A stretch of 64,000 nt of DNA from Amoebophrya sp. A120 (lineage: Eukaryota > Protista > Dinoflagellata). Under the pieces are notes generated by a model. That model made no database searches, had not been told where the DNA came from, and was given only the letters and a program-made list of their open reading frames with translations. The DNA lies in assembly GCA_905178155.1 (NCBI GenBank), contig CAJINV010000022.1:372001-436000 (forward strand), written 5' to 3'. Shown piece by piece: positions 47,901 through 58,613 of the stretch. Each line of letters opens with the position of its first letter. The first letter of the stretch is position 1. The position numbers and the translations under genes are program-made.

Positions 47901-50559
47901 CGCGACGAACTATGTTTTGAGCAAAAACCTAGCGAAGACGTTTTACGGTGCCTTTATCGCAAGAAAAAACTGTTTCACTGTAAACTTGTGATGCATAAAA
48001 ATGAAACACGGAAGTATTTGTCTTGCTACACATGCAAGAATAAGAAAGTGGATTTTTCGCTGTGTTTTCCCTTAGCCTTAGGAAGCTTGCATGGCAAATT
48101 TTCTTTGTCATGTAGAACGAACTTGTCATGCAAAACCTGCAAAGTCCTTACAGTGAAGCACTTTTTTCGTACGATAGCCTGCGACACCCCTCTAATGGAC
48201 CCGATTTCCTGCACCGCCGGCCCGCTAGCCGAGTACTTTATCCTGTGCAAAAGCATCGTACTCGTAGTAATTGCGTTTATGCATTACAAATTTCTTTCTC
48301 AAGGCAAATCAGCATTACAAATTCACTTTGTAATGCTGAGGAAATTTGTAATGCGATTTCTACTAGTACGATATCCATATACTTTTGCAATCCATATACT
48401 TCGGGCCGCAGCAATTAACCAGTGCCGTGTTGCAGGTGTTAGCTTTTCTCCTGGGGTTTTGGACCATGCACAACTTGGGATGCATTTTGATGGGAACGGA
48501 GAACGCGCCGGTGTTAGTCGGCGTGGAGGAAGGGTTTGTGGTGAAAGATAGCTTCGCGAACGCAAACAACTACTCCTTACTGGAAGAAACCGAAACTGTC
48601 TCTGCTTCAGCCATGAGCTACAACAATAGCAAACAACTGGTTTCGGCGAAACAAATGGAGAAGAGCATGTGCATGCAGGCAGGTACTGATGTTCGTCTGC
48701 AGCAACATCAATCCTCGCAAGGCGCAGCAGGCGGTGTATCTTCAACAGCAGTTCTTCTCCCGACGTCTGCTTCCGCAACGTGGTCGGGCGTTTCTTCCGT
48801 GGTTGCAGAGGAACAGCACAACCAGACGAATACGCATTGCAAAACTATCGCACCCGTGGTAATTGCAATCATGCGTGACAAGTCTCCTCTTCCAGGTAAA
48901 CCAGCATGACAAATTCCATTTCTCATGCTGCGCTAATTTGTAATGCAGTTACAACTACGTAGTTGTGCGATACCTTTGCAATTCATAACGAACAAGCTGC
49001 AACAAGTTCCCTCTTCCGCTGACTCCACCACCGCGGCGAGCTACGCGTCGACCTATTTTCCGATGTTAAACGCCGGTGCTACGCCGAACATCATGACTTC
49101 TACTTCCGGTTTTGTTCAGCTTCAGCAGCAGCCATCCGGAGGTGTGAGAAGAAATCGGTCGAGTAATCTCGCGCCAACCATTGAGAACAACTCAAATTTA
49201 TCAAGTGGCGCAGCGAGCGTAGCTTCGCGAGAAGGAGGAGATAATACCAGGTTTGAGCACCTACAACACGACACGCAGCACAACAATCCGGCGCTGGAAA
49301 CATCGGATTTGCTGTTACAGTCAACCGCGACCTACAATTCCATGATGAACATCACGGGCGGACCCGGAGCTGCTCCTGCGATCTCGCGGCAGACAACTGT
49401 GAACGCCGAAGTAAACCAGCAGAACTTTATTTACCACGACCCGAAGGTCGTGCAACTGGTTGAGAGCAATAAAAATGTGAGTTGTCAACAAGATGAACTA
49501 GATCGCCACAAGATGAATCACAAGTCCTCTTCGCAACAAGAAAACAAGATCTACTCTTGGCAGGCTCACGTGCTGGAGACCAATAGCCAGAACCTGATTT
49601 TTGACCCGATACCGGAAAACAACAACTTCTACAACGATCTAACGAACCCGGTCCCGTTTCTCACCCCCGGGGAGAAGGTGTACGAGCGGAACTGTGTCTA
49701 TGGATGTGTCAGGTTTGAAATCGTCAAAGTTGAAATAGTTTGTCATGCATAAAACGGATACTAGTTAGACCTACAGTTTGTAGTCGGCGCATGGCAAATT
49801 TTCCCGGTCCTGGAAGCGAGTCTGTCATGCGGTTTAGGGCAAAAGAGCTGCCTTCTGACATGCTAGTTAGCAGTCCAACTTTTGACCCTTACCAGGACTA
49901 TAATCTGCCTCCCTTGGGTCCTCTGCAATAGAGTCACTTTTTGCATCGCATTTTATGCATTACAAATTATTTCAACTCTGACGATTTCAAACCTGACGCT
50001 TCCATAGTGTCTACAAGGAGATGTTGCGGCACTGGTTTATCATCTTTATGCATTTTTGCAAAAGCATCGTACTAGTAGAAATAGCAAGACAAATAATGCC
50101 AAGAAGAAAACTTAAAGTAGAATTTGTAATGCTGATTTGCCTAAGATTGGAGATTTGTCATGCGTCACTGCAATTCCTACGAGTGCGATACTTTTGCAAT
50201 TCATAATCTTCACGGCGTTGCAATTCGGGGATGCGATGTACAACGACGCCAGTCTATGCAATGTAAATCTCCCGTACATGTACAAAATGCATGACAAATT
50301 TCGCTAACTTACAGTGTCCAACTTGTCATGCTAGACTAGGACTCAAGGCAAGTTTTGTCATGCAGAGACTGCATTTGTACGTGTACGGGAAATTTACTGT
50401 GGATACAGTCCGGAATCCGCGGCGACGGTGAGTCGGATGTGCACCTACGTGACTTTATTGTACACGGTCGTCCACTGCGTTCTGTTGCCGGGATTGGTGT
50501 TTTTTAGTGACACGAAGATCGCGAGGGAAAGCGCCGCACGGAGGAGGTACAGGGGGTGA
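44941..50559 (+). CDS. Fatty-acid hydroxylase/sterol desaturase superfamily membrane enzyme, alkylglycerol monooxygenase (AGMO/TMEM195)-like, ~1368 aa; 9 exons
   Basis: His boxes [31 protein letters not shown] and MLHTE...TPSLHRVHHARN...KNFGSLFSIWDRLCGTYEPE; removal of 8 elements gives a 4107-nt frame ending RRRYRG* at 50559. Confidence 0.85.
45350..45506. mobile_element. Introner family A
   Basis: Family A TIR; TSD CCCGA. Confidence 0.9.
46185..46344. mobile_element. Introner family J
   Basis: AAATTTCCCTTACATGTACAA...TTGTACGTGTACGGGAAATTT; TSD ACGAA/ACAAA. Confidence 0.85.
47955..48176. mobile_element. Introner family D
   Basis: TATCGCAAGAAAAAA...TTTTTTCGTACGATA; TSD GCCTT/GCCTG. Confidence 0.85.
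48239..48396. mobile_element. Introner family A
   Basis: Family A TIR; TSD TACTT. Confidence 0.9.
48831..48987. mobile_element. Introner family A (TAC start)
   Basis: Family A TIR; TSD ACGAA. Confidence 0.85.
49699..50006. mobile_element. Introner family G
   Basis: TSD GTGTC; empty site in the duplicate at ~51072-51076. Confidence 0.95.
50047..50205. mobile_element. Introner family A
   Basis: Family A TIR; TSD ATCTT. Confidence 0.9.
50255..50405. mobile_element. Introner family J
   Basis: TSD CAGTC; absent from the duplicate copy. Confidence 0.95.
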
Positions 50560-51111
50560 GGAAGATAAGTGCAGGATAAAAGCATCATAGGAAAAGAACT
50601 GAACACTTTTACAGAATGTGAGAACTAAGCGCAGCTGCCACTTGCCCTGTAGTGGTACTTAAGAATTGAAGCAAGAAGATGAAGAAGCATAAAGTGTAAG
50701 TGTGTTTTTGTCGTATGAAAACGTCGATCAACGGGCCGGTGGATAAAATCCGCCTCAACATAATTCATGACTGTGTAGGAGCTGTGTGCTGTCACAAGGA
50801 CCACCATGTGGCCTCATTTATATATGTGTAACGATACACTTTTGATTTTCTAGCAACATGCAGGCCGAGCTACTTATTTGAAACAAAAGCATCACACCAC
50901 CCTGGTACATCAACATTTTCCTGAAGTTTTGACAATACGACTTGCCGATCAGTTTTTTACTACGACACGCAAAAGTCCGCTCCTGTACGCTTTGTCATTA
51001 AGAAACAACTGAATATGAATTTAAAATGCCTGTAAATACAAACCTAGAGACAAAACTAAACGAGCGGAACTGTGTCTACAAGGAGATGTTGCGGCACTGG
51101 TTTATCATCTT

Positions 51112-51267
51112 TATGCACTGCAAAGGTATCGCTATCGTACTAGTAGAAATAGCATCACAAATTCGGTCAGCATGGCAAATGGCATTTGTCATGCTGTTTT
51201 ACCTTGGCATTGCGATTTGTAATGCATGACTTTGATTACTACCAGTACGATGCTTTTACACTGGATA
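51112..51267. mobile_element. Introner family A (same site as 50047-50205, in the duplicate)
   Basis: Family A TIR; TSD ATCTT. Confidence 0.9.
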
Positions 51268-51350
51268 ATCTTCACCGCGTTGCAATTCGGCGACGCCATG
51301 TACAACGACGCGAGCCCGGAATCCGCGGCGACGGTCAGCCGGATGTGCAC

Positions 51351-51560
51351 TATCGCAAGAAAAAAGTGTTACAGTTACGCACTGTGTTCTTGCAGGAGCC
51401 GCAAGGCAGCCAACCTTTGTCATGCAGGAAATGCTTGCGAGCCTCGTTTACTACGTGTTTTCCCTTATGATCTTTGCATTACTCTGCCACATAGAGAAAA
51501 TTTGTGATACAGAAACTCCAACAATGAGTGTAACTGTAACAGCACTTTTTTCGTGCGATA
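51351..51560. mobile_element. Introner family D
   Basis: TSD TGCAC; empty site (single TGCAC) in the upstream copy at ~50440-50444. Confidence 0.95.
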
Positions 51561-53900
51561 TGCACCTACGTGACTCTATTGTACACGGTCGTCCACTGCA
51601 TTTTGTTGCCAGGTTTGGTGTTTTTCAGTGACACGAAGATCGCGAGGGAAAGCGCTGCGCGGAGGAGGTACAGGGGGTGAAGAAGGTTTCGAGTACTTGT
51701 ACTTCACATTTTAGCAGGACATGAGAACTATTCAAAAGCGAATGAATTGCTGCTTTCGATTCCTTGTAGTAGTCGTAATTCAAGGAAGACAAAAGTGTGT
51801 TTTTGTCGTGTGAAAAGAGACATGCGCCATCAACCGGCGCTGGATAAAGATAAAATCCCCCTCAACATAATTCATGACTGTGTAGGAGCTGTGTGCTTTC
51901 ACAAGGACCACCATGTGGCCTCATTTGATATGAATGTGTAACGATACACTTTTGATGTTTTAGCACCAACATGTAGGCCGAGCTACTTATTTGAAAAGCA
52001 TCACACCAGCCTGGTAAATTTTCCTGAAATTTTGACAATACGAATTGCCGATCAATTTTTTACTACGACACGCAAAAGTCCGCTCCTGTACGCTTACTTT
52101 GTCATTATTTTCAGTGGAAGAAAAAATTGACTATGAATTAGAATACCTGTAAGTACAAACCTAGAGACAAAACTAAAAAAAAAAACTAGAAGCTAGCTGA
52201 TCACCGGGAAGACGAAGAACTCATTTTCACACGGCAAAAAGATTCACACATAGGGGAAATTGAAATTGAAAATTTTAATTTATCGTATTTTTCATGATAG
52301 ATATGGAGTCTGCTTATGGGCAACGACCTATTTCCATTGTTGCCCTGCAAATATCCATGCGTGAGAAGACATCAGGATGAAGGGAGCATTGCGAGAATCC
52401 AAATGAAGCAACTTTGTGAATTGGAATTCTATGGCACCAAGAAAAAATATATTTCTGCAACCCCGGTGCATGCATCGAAATAGTAGTTAATGGTCTACCA
52501 TAACATTTGTTGAACCTCTTTGATTTGATATCTGTATATCGATTCTTATCCATCGATCATCTTCATCATCTCGATGAAATGTCCATCGATACAGAAGATA
52601 TTTGATTTCTCATCAATTTCTCCAGATATTTCGAAAAATCATCAATTCAATCCATTTTCAATTCTTTCTTGATATCAAATAAATCATTTGAAAAAAAAGT
52701 GAGTCATCTCCTCATCTGTCTTTTTTCAATCTCATCTGGATCTGTCTTTTTTCATCCTCATCTGTCTTTTTTTTTCAATGATTTTCAAAACAATGAGGAT
52801 TTGGCTTGAAATAATGTTAAGAGAAAAGGATATGTAAATGTGTTTCCATCTTCACACATGAACAAAAAAATGGATTGTTTCTCTATTGATCCTCTATTTT
52901 TCTGTTTGTCTTCTGTCAATCTATTATTTCTCTGATTAATATCATATCATCAGATATATCATCCGATGAATGAAATATTGAAAAAATCATCTTTATCTTA
53001 GATTTATGTATCTGCCTCGAATATTTTGGAAGAAATATCCGAAATCTCTTTATGAGATCGAAAATATTACAATTTTATATTTTTCAATATTATTTTTGGA
53101 GGCGAGGAGGGCAGTATTTTCGATGTGGAAAACTTTTTTGGAATTTTTCGTCGAGCCTTTCAAACATAGTGGCCCTGGGTATTCCAGGTGGGAGAGGGTT
53201 GATTGGCCGCCCGGTATTTCTCGATGGCGATGGTCGTCGTTGTTGTCGTCCCGGTGATGTGGGTCGGAGATCGGCTGAAAAATTTTCCTTGATTTTTCGG
53301 AATTCATGGGGTGGCCCATGAAATGCAAACCGGGGCGGAATGCAGAGCCATGGGAGCAAGTCGGCTGGGGTTTTTTTTTCTGCGTCCCTTTCCGGTTTCT
53401 AAAGAAAAAACGCAAAAAAAGTTCAAAAAAACTTTCAAAAAATTTTTCAAAAACTTTGAATCACGAGCGGACTCCAACTTTTTCCGAAACAGTGGGAAAG
53501 TTTTTGAAAAGTTTTCGGAAAGTTTTTGAAAAGTTTTTTGCGATTTTTTATGTTGAAAATCGATTTCCCACATTTTTTGGGGTCGCCTGATTTCGTTTCA
53601 ACAAATGGCCATCATACCATGGGGATTTGTCTTCCCAGTCACATTCTTTTTCTTCTGGATATCGTTTCCCATTTTGAAAAGTTTCGAAAATCAAAAGAAA
53701 GTTGCCGCCCATTGTGATTTTTGGTAGGATGGTGAAGAGGATGGGAGGATCATCGTCGGTAGGTTTGGAGATGGCTCGACGAAAAATTCCGAAAAAGTTT
53801 GGGACCTCGGTATTAATCCAAGCCCTCCACTCCAATTATTTTATTATTTCTTCATCAATTTATCTTCTGAGAGAATGATGAGAAGATGAGAATGAAGAAA

Positions 53901-55041
53901 GACAATCTCGGATCGGGCCTATGAGACAATTTGAGTCATACCCAGACATGACAAGAAAGAAAGAAATCCGAAATCTCATCATGAAAAAAAATTCGAAAAT
54001 ATTTTTATTCCGATATTAATCCGGATCCTGAATTACAAGATATCCATGAAGAAAATGAGAATAATAGGTTAAATCATCCGGGGCGCCGATAATGGGAAGG
54101 GAGGATACCACGAGCGGGCTGCCGAGCATTGGACAACACACACGCGGGGGCGACCCGGGCCGTCTACACAACTGCACCGAGGACCTAGGGGCGACCCGGA
54201 ACACAGGAAGGCTACTCTCTGCGCTAGCAAAAACGCAGCGCCTGGACGTCCCCCGCCCACCCCGCGCACCCATACCACCCAACCACCGGATTGGTGGCGG
54301 GGGCGTCCGGCCCGGTATTTTTCTAATACTATGCTGCTACTTGTGTTATCTATCGATGGGGATGCGAAGTGGATATTTACATTAATCATCATTATCCAGC
54401 ATCACTCCTGCTCGTCGTCTTTTCCCTCCTGTACTAAACAGAGCCACACCCTACCCCCAACGACCGGGGAGAACGGACGACAAGATGATTGGAAAACACG
54501 ACAACACTCTGGCGCGGGAAATCCGAAAAAGAAGATGATGATGATGTGTGGCATCCATGAACATATCGATGCTGATCCGACACCGGGACCCACAATCCGA
54601 TGGAAACTACCCAAAAGTCTGGACACGGGAGGAATCACACAACGAGGAAAGCTAGCGAAGGAATTTTGGAATAGAAAAACAAAAAACAGAGACATTGGAT
54701 TTTTTATTGACAAATAGAAATCTCAAAGCAGATTTACTATTTTTATTCGCTTCTTTGATTTCAAAAGATCTGAATTTTTCTCGACGGGAACAACTTGCTT
54801 TTATTTTCTGAAATTTCGATACGAAGAACTTGACAATTATTTTCTTAGATGGATATCAAACTCAATTACGATTTCATTTTCTATTCGAATTATCTTCACA
54901 ACAATATTTGAGTTTTATCCTTACAATCCTTATCTTATTTTTGAGAAGAGAACGAATTGATGATGAAAAGACAGAGGACAATCTCGGACCGGGCCTTCGA
55001 CATATTTGAGTCATGCCCAGACATGACCAGAAAGAAAGAAA
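53901..55041. repeat. Pair of imperfect ~65-bp direct repeats (53901-53966, 54977-55041)
   Basis: GACAATCTCGGA(T/C)CGGGCCT...TTTGAGTCAT(A/G)CCCAGACATGAC(A/C)AGAAAGAAAGAAA. Confidence 0.8.
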
Positions 55042-56027
55042 GAAGGTTAAATCACATTGGATTTCATATCGAAAAAATTCATTTGTATATTTTCCTTTGA
55101 AGAAATATTCTAATCATTTCAATAGATACCATCCATCATCTTACAAATTCATCCCAATAAATTAATTACGAAATTTCTTAATAATTGCAATTTTCCAGAT
55201 TCATTTTATGTGAAAATATTCCCAAATTTTCGAATCCAATTCCATCATATCTCCATGTAGGAAGAGATTATGAAGATATTTTGGAAGATGTGTTATAATT
55301 CAAAAAATATTTCTCAATATGGTGAATCCATCACGCAAATTTGTGCGACCATCACACAAATGAATCCGATTTGTTTCTGATTGATCCGCATCTCATCCAT
55401 CCTTATGTAATCAATCTCACGCTGACAGATTTCGGAAAAGTAAGAGTGGGGGTATTCCTTCGATATGGTTGCCGAAAAACAAGCGAGAAACTGACAGAGT
55501 CAATGTGGGGATTGCTCTCCTACCTAGTCTAGCCCAACGGCAACGAAGGAGCGCGGCGCGTCCTATGGAAATGGATTAACATCGCGCCACCTTTCTTTCT
55601 TTTCAGGCTCATTAGTATGGGGCGCAGAGATCGACCGACACTCACATCGGATCGGTCCGTCGCGCAGGTATGACGGGCGCGGCCGGCGTCTGAAACAAAA
55701 GCCCCGCGCCCAGTCGCGCGATCATGAAAGAGCCGGCCAACATTCATAATCATACATCAGGACCGAAGAGCCTGGCGGACGGCAGGGCGCGCCTGCCTTT
55801 TTGCCTTCATCCCTCTCGCCCGACGGTCGGGCAATCCACCAAGCACGGGGGGGGGGGGCGGGCCCGAAACGCCAACGGCCCGGGGGGCGTATTAAATAAT
55901 TGGCCCGCAAGCGGCCGGCCACAACAAGCGGGCTCCCCGCCGCGGCGCGGGGGACGGGTTAGCTGCGACCGGCTTCGGGCGTTTCAGGGGGCTCGCTTCG
56001 CTTCTCTCGCGGGTCCTCACTATATAT

Positions 56028-56090
56028 GGGAAGAAGTGCGTGGGCCGGTTCCCTTATATTATAAGGGAACCGGTCCACGCACTTCTTCCC
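56028..56090. repeat. 63-bp near-perfect palindrome (31-bp arms, 1 mismatch, AT-rich centre)
   Basis: GGGAAGAAGTGCGTGGGCCGGTTCCCTTATA-T-TATAAGGGAACCGGTCCACGCACTTCTTCCC. Confidence 0.9.
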
Positions 56091-58613
56091 CCCCGCTCCG
56101 TCGGCTCCTTCTGCGCCAGGTCATGCAGGAATTTAGCGCGTTTCTTGCGTTCGACAGAGATCACAGCTGGCGCGCCACATTCGTGCGAATTCTCTGCGCC
56201 ATACGCAGGAACTAGCTCCCCAACACTCCGACGCCATAGCTTCCGCCGGAGTCACGGCCTTGGGGCCCCTTTCGGCAAGCGACGGCGCCGGAGACGCTTC
56301 CCGGCGCTTCTTTGTTGCGGGCTGCCGCTTCCTTGGTTTCTGTCTTTTCATTCTGGAGGTAGCCATTAAGGCCCGGACGGCTTCGCCCAGGTTTGAATAA
56401 CAACCCGGGGAAACTTAGTCCCGAGGTATGCAGTGGCCAGCACACCACACCGGCGGGCGGGAATCACGGAAAGACGAAGACGAGAAAACCGGCCGCGCCT
56501 GAAGATACGCCAGCGCCCGCTCGCCGCAGGGCGCGCCCGGTTTTCCGCCGCGCCTTGGCTTACAATTTGGGGCGGAGATTTCCTCGGGCACGCGGGCACC
56601 GCGCCCCAATGCCGGCCGAGCCGCGCCGCTCGCGTGGGTTGGGTTCTGGCTGCCTGCGGCAGCTGCCGGCGGCCGGCGGGTCCGCTCCCTCTGCAGTCAA
56701 TCAACCTCTATGCCGCCGGCCATATCTCCGAACCAGCTGAGCGACCAAGGGCCCCACGCCGCCCCTTTGGCAGGCCTCCCCTGTGGACTTGGGCGCCTCA
56801 AGTAGTTCGGCGGTGTTTCTCCCTCCCGAAGGCAAAGAAAGGGCTGGGCCTCGTCGCGGTTCATTTGGTTCGTTCGCTAGGTGCGGCGGCCATAGCTCCG
56901 GAGTCTTGGGCCCCATGCGAAGAACTTGCCACATGCCCACCGACCGTGAAGCCTTCGCCGGCTTTGTGGCTTCTCCGCTCCTCCGGACACTCCTGGTCTA
57001 TTGGTTCAGCTGCCCCAACGTTCGGTTCCCCAGGCTACCCCGGCGCAGTGCATGACCTCGACAAGCGCACGGCAGAACGACCGCAGTGGGGCGACTGCCG
57101 ACGGGGCCGCCCGCGACCGACTCCGGCCAAGCGACTCGGCCGGCCAATACTAAGCCAACGGGGCTGGGGCGCCAAGGTATCTAGAGCGTAAGGAAATGCG
57201 CGAAACGCGACGTCCCGAGGCTTCACAATTCACAGAAAAAAACGAAGCACGGGCCCACAAGGCCCACACAACGGGAACACACTTTAGAATGGTCCCACAG
57301 AAACCGCTTTAGAGGGGGACAAAGAGCCGGTCGCTGCGTTGCCAGGCTCTCTATCGATCGGCGGGTCGTAGAGCTGCTTTCGTCTACAACTGGAGTAAAT
57401 GAAAGACGGGCAACATACAGCATTTTTGAAACTGCGTGAAATCTACATTTTGAAAGCTGCCGGAGTTCAGCAGGCACGGTCTTGCTTACGTCAACGTCTG
57501 TCGTGCCGGTCGAGTCTCGGCATCCTCGCAAAAGGCGGGCAATTGACTTAGGCCCGAAGTGTTTCTTTTCGAAACGGAATCGGAACCTGCAAGCATCAAC
57601 ATCGCAAAAATCTTTGCCGCGATGTGAACGGTGCTACCAAATCATGTCTAGGTACTGCGAAACGCGAAGAAATCATAGAGAAAAGCCACACACTAAGCAA
57701 ACTTCTGGAAAAGAAAAAAGTGCGATTTTGTACCATAGATACTAAGCAGTGCTCGCATTTTTGTTGCATGCAAATAGATACTGAAAAAGGAAATAAAATT
57801 GGCACTGTAACGATTTGATAGTCTTTTCTGATTTGTCGCTTCCACAACCCTCGCCTCTGCATCCAGCAAGGGCGATCGGGATCGATGCTTGCCTTGTCCC
57901 GTTCAAGCTACCTAAAAAAGTCAATCGTAATAACACTAAATACATGGAATCGGATATCTCGAGCTCTACCAGCCCGTTCTTCTAGGTCGTCACGACACCA
58001 ATCGGACATCAACATGCCAAGCTATTTTTCTTGAAAAAAAAAGACATACCGATGGAGCCATGCGAAGCATTTCCGTTTTGTGACATAGACAAAAAATTAA
58101 ACTATAAATGGAATTGCAATTGTAAGCATAAGTGAGATGGTGAAGAATCTGTGAGAGTCATATTAATTGATCTTCGTCTTTCTACTTTGCGTCGACGCAA
58201 ATTTCTTCGGCAGTGCTTCTGGAAAATTATCGCTAATTTTGGGTTTATTTTTTTGTTCAACGTCGGTAAAAGTAAAACGAAAGCTAAAATTTTTGCTTCG
58301 GAAATTTATAAAACATTCTACAGAACGAGATGAAGCGAAAACGGATGGAAAAAAATACTATGATAGCTCTGTTTCTCAACCGCGTCGAGAGCATTAAAGT
58401 TGACCATGAGCTGAGTTAGTTGACACATCTATCTGAGTCTAAAAGTGATTTTCTCCTACCATTCTGTGTAGTAGTTGCTTGTAACTTTTTCAGGGTTTTT
58501 GGAATTGCGATAATGATAAAAAAAATCGACAACCAGCCTTGCCTGCACACCCTTGTTCCGACGGATAGGCCGTGAAGACCGCATCTGAACTACCTGTAGC
58601 CTGCTCGAAGGCC

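Larger units (their letters stand above)
51061..51680 (+). pseudogene. 5'-truncated duplicate of the last exons of the AGMO-like gene
   Basis: ERNCVYKEMLRHWFIIF/TALQFGDAMYNDASPESAATVSRMC/TYVTLLYTVVHCILLPGLVFFSDTKIARESAARRRYRG* repeats the upstream C-terminus but has no upstream exons of its own. Confidence 0.65.
49683..52177 (+). repeat. Diverged tandem duplication: unit 1 49683-51060, unit 2 51061-52177 (terminal exons plus 3' flank)
   Basis: Both units start CGAGCGGAACTGTGTCTA and end AAACCTAGAGACAAAACTAAA; the 3' flanks align (e.g. CTCAACATAATTCATGACTGTGTAGGAGCTGTGTGCT). Confidence 0.9.

Noticed and set aside
55724-57191. Long Arg/Pro/Ala-rich ORFs (e.g. 56433-57191)
   Set aside because: Expected by chance in a very GC-rich tract; overlapping ORFs on both strands and no recognisable motifs.
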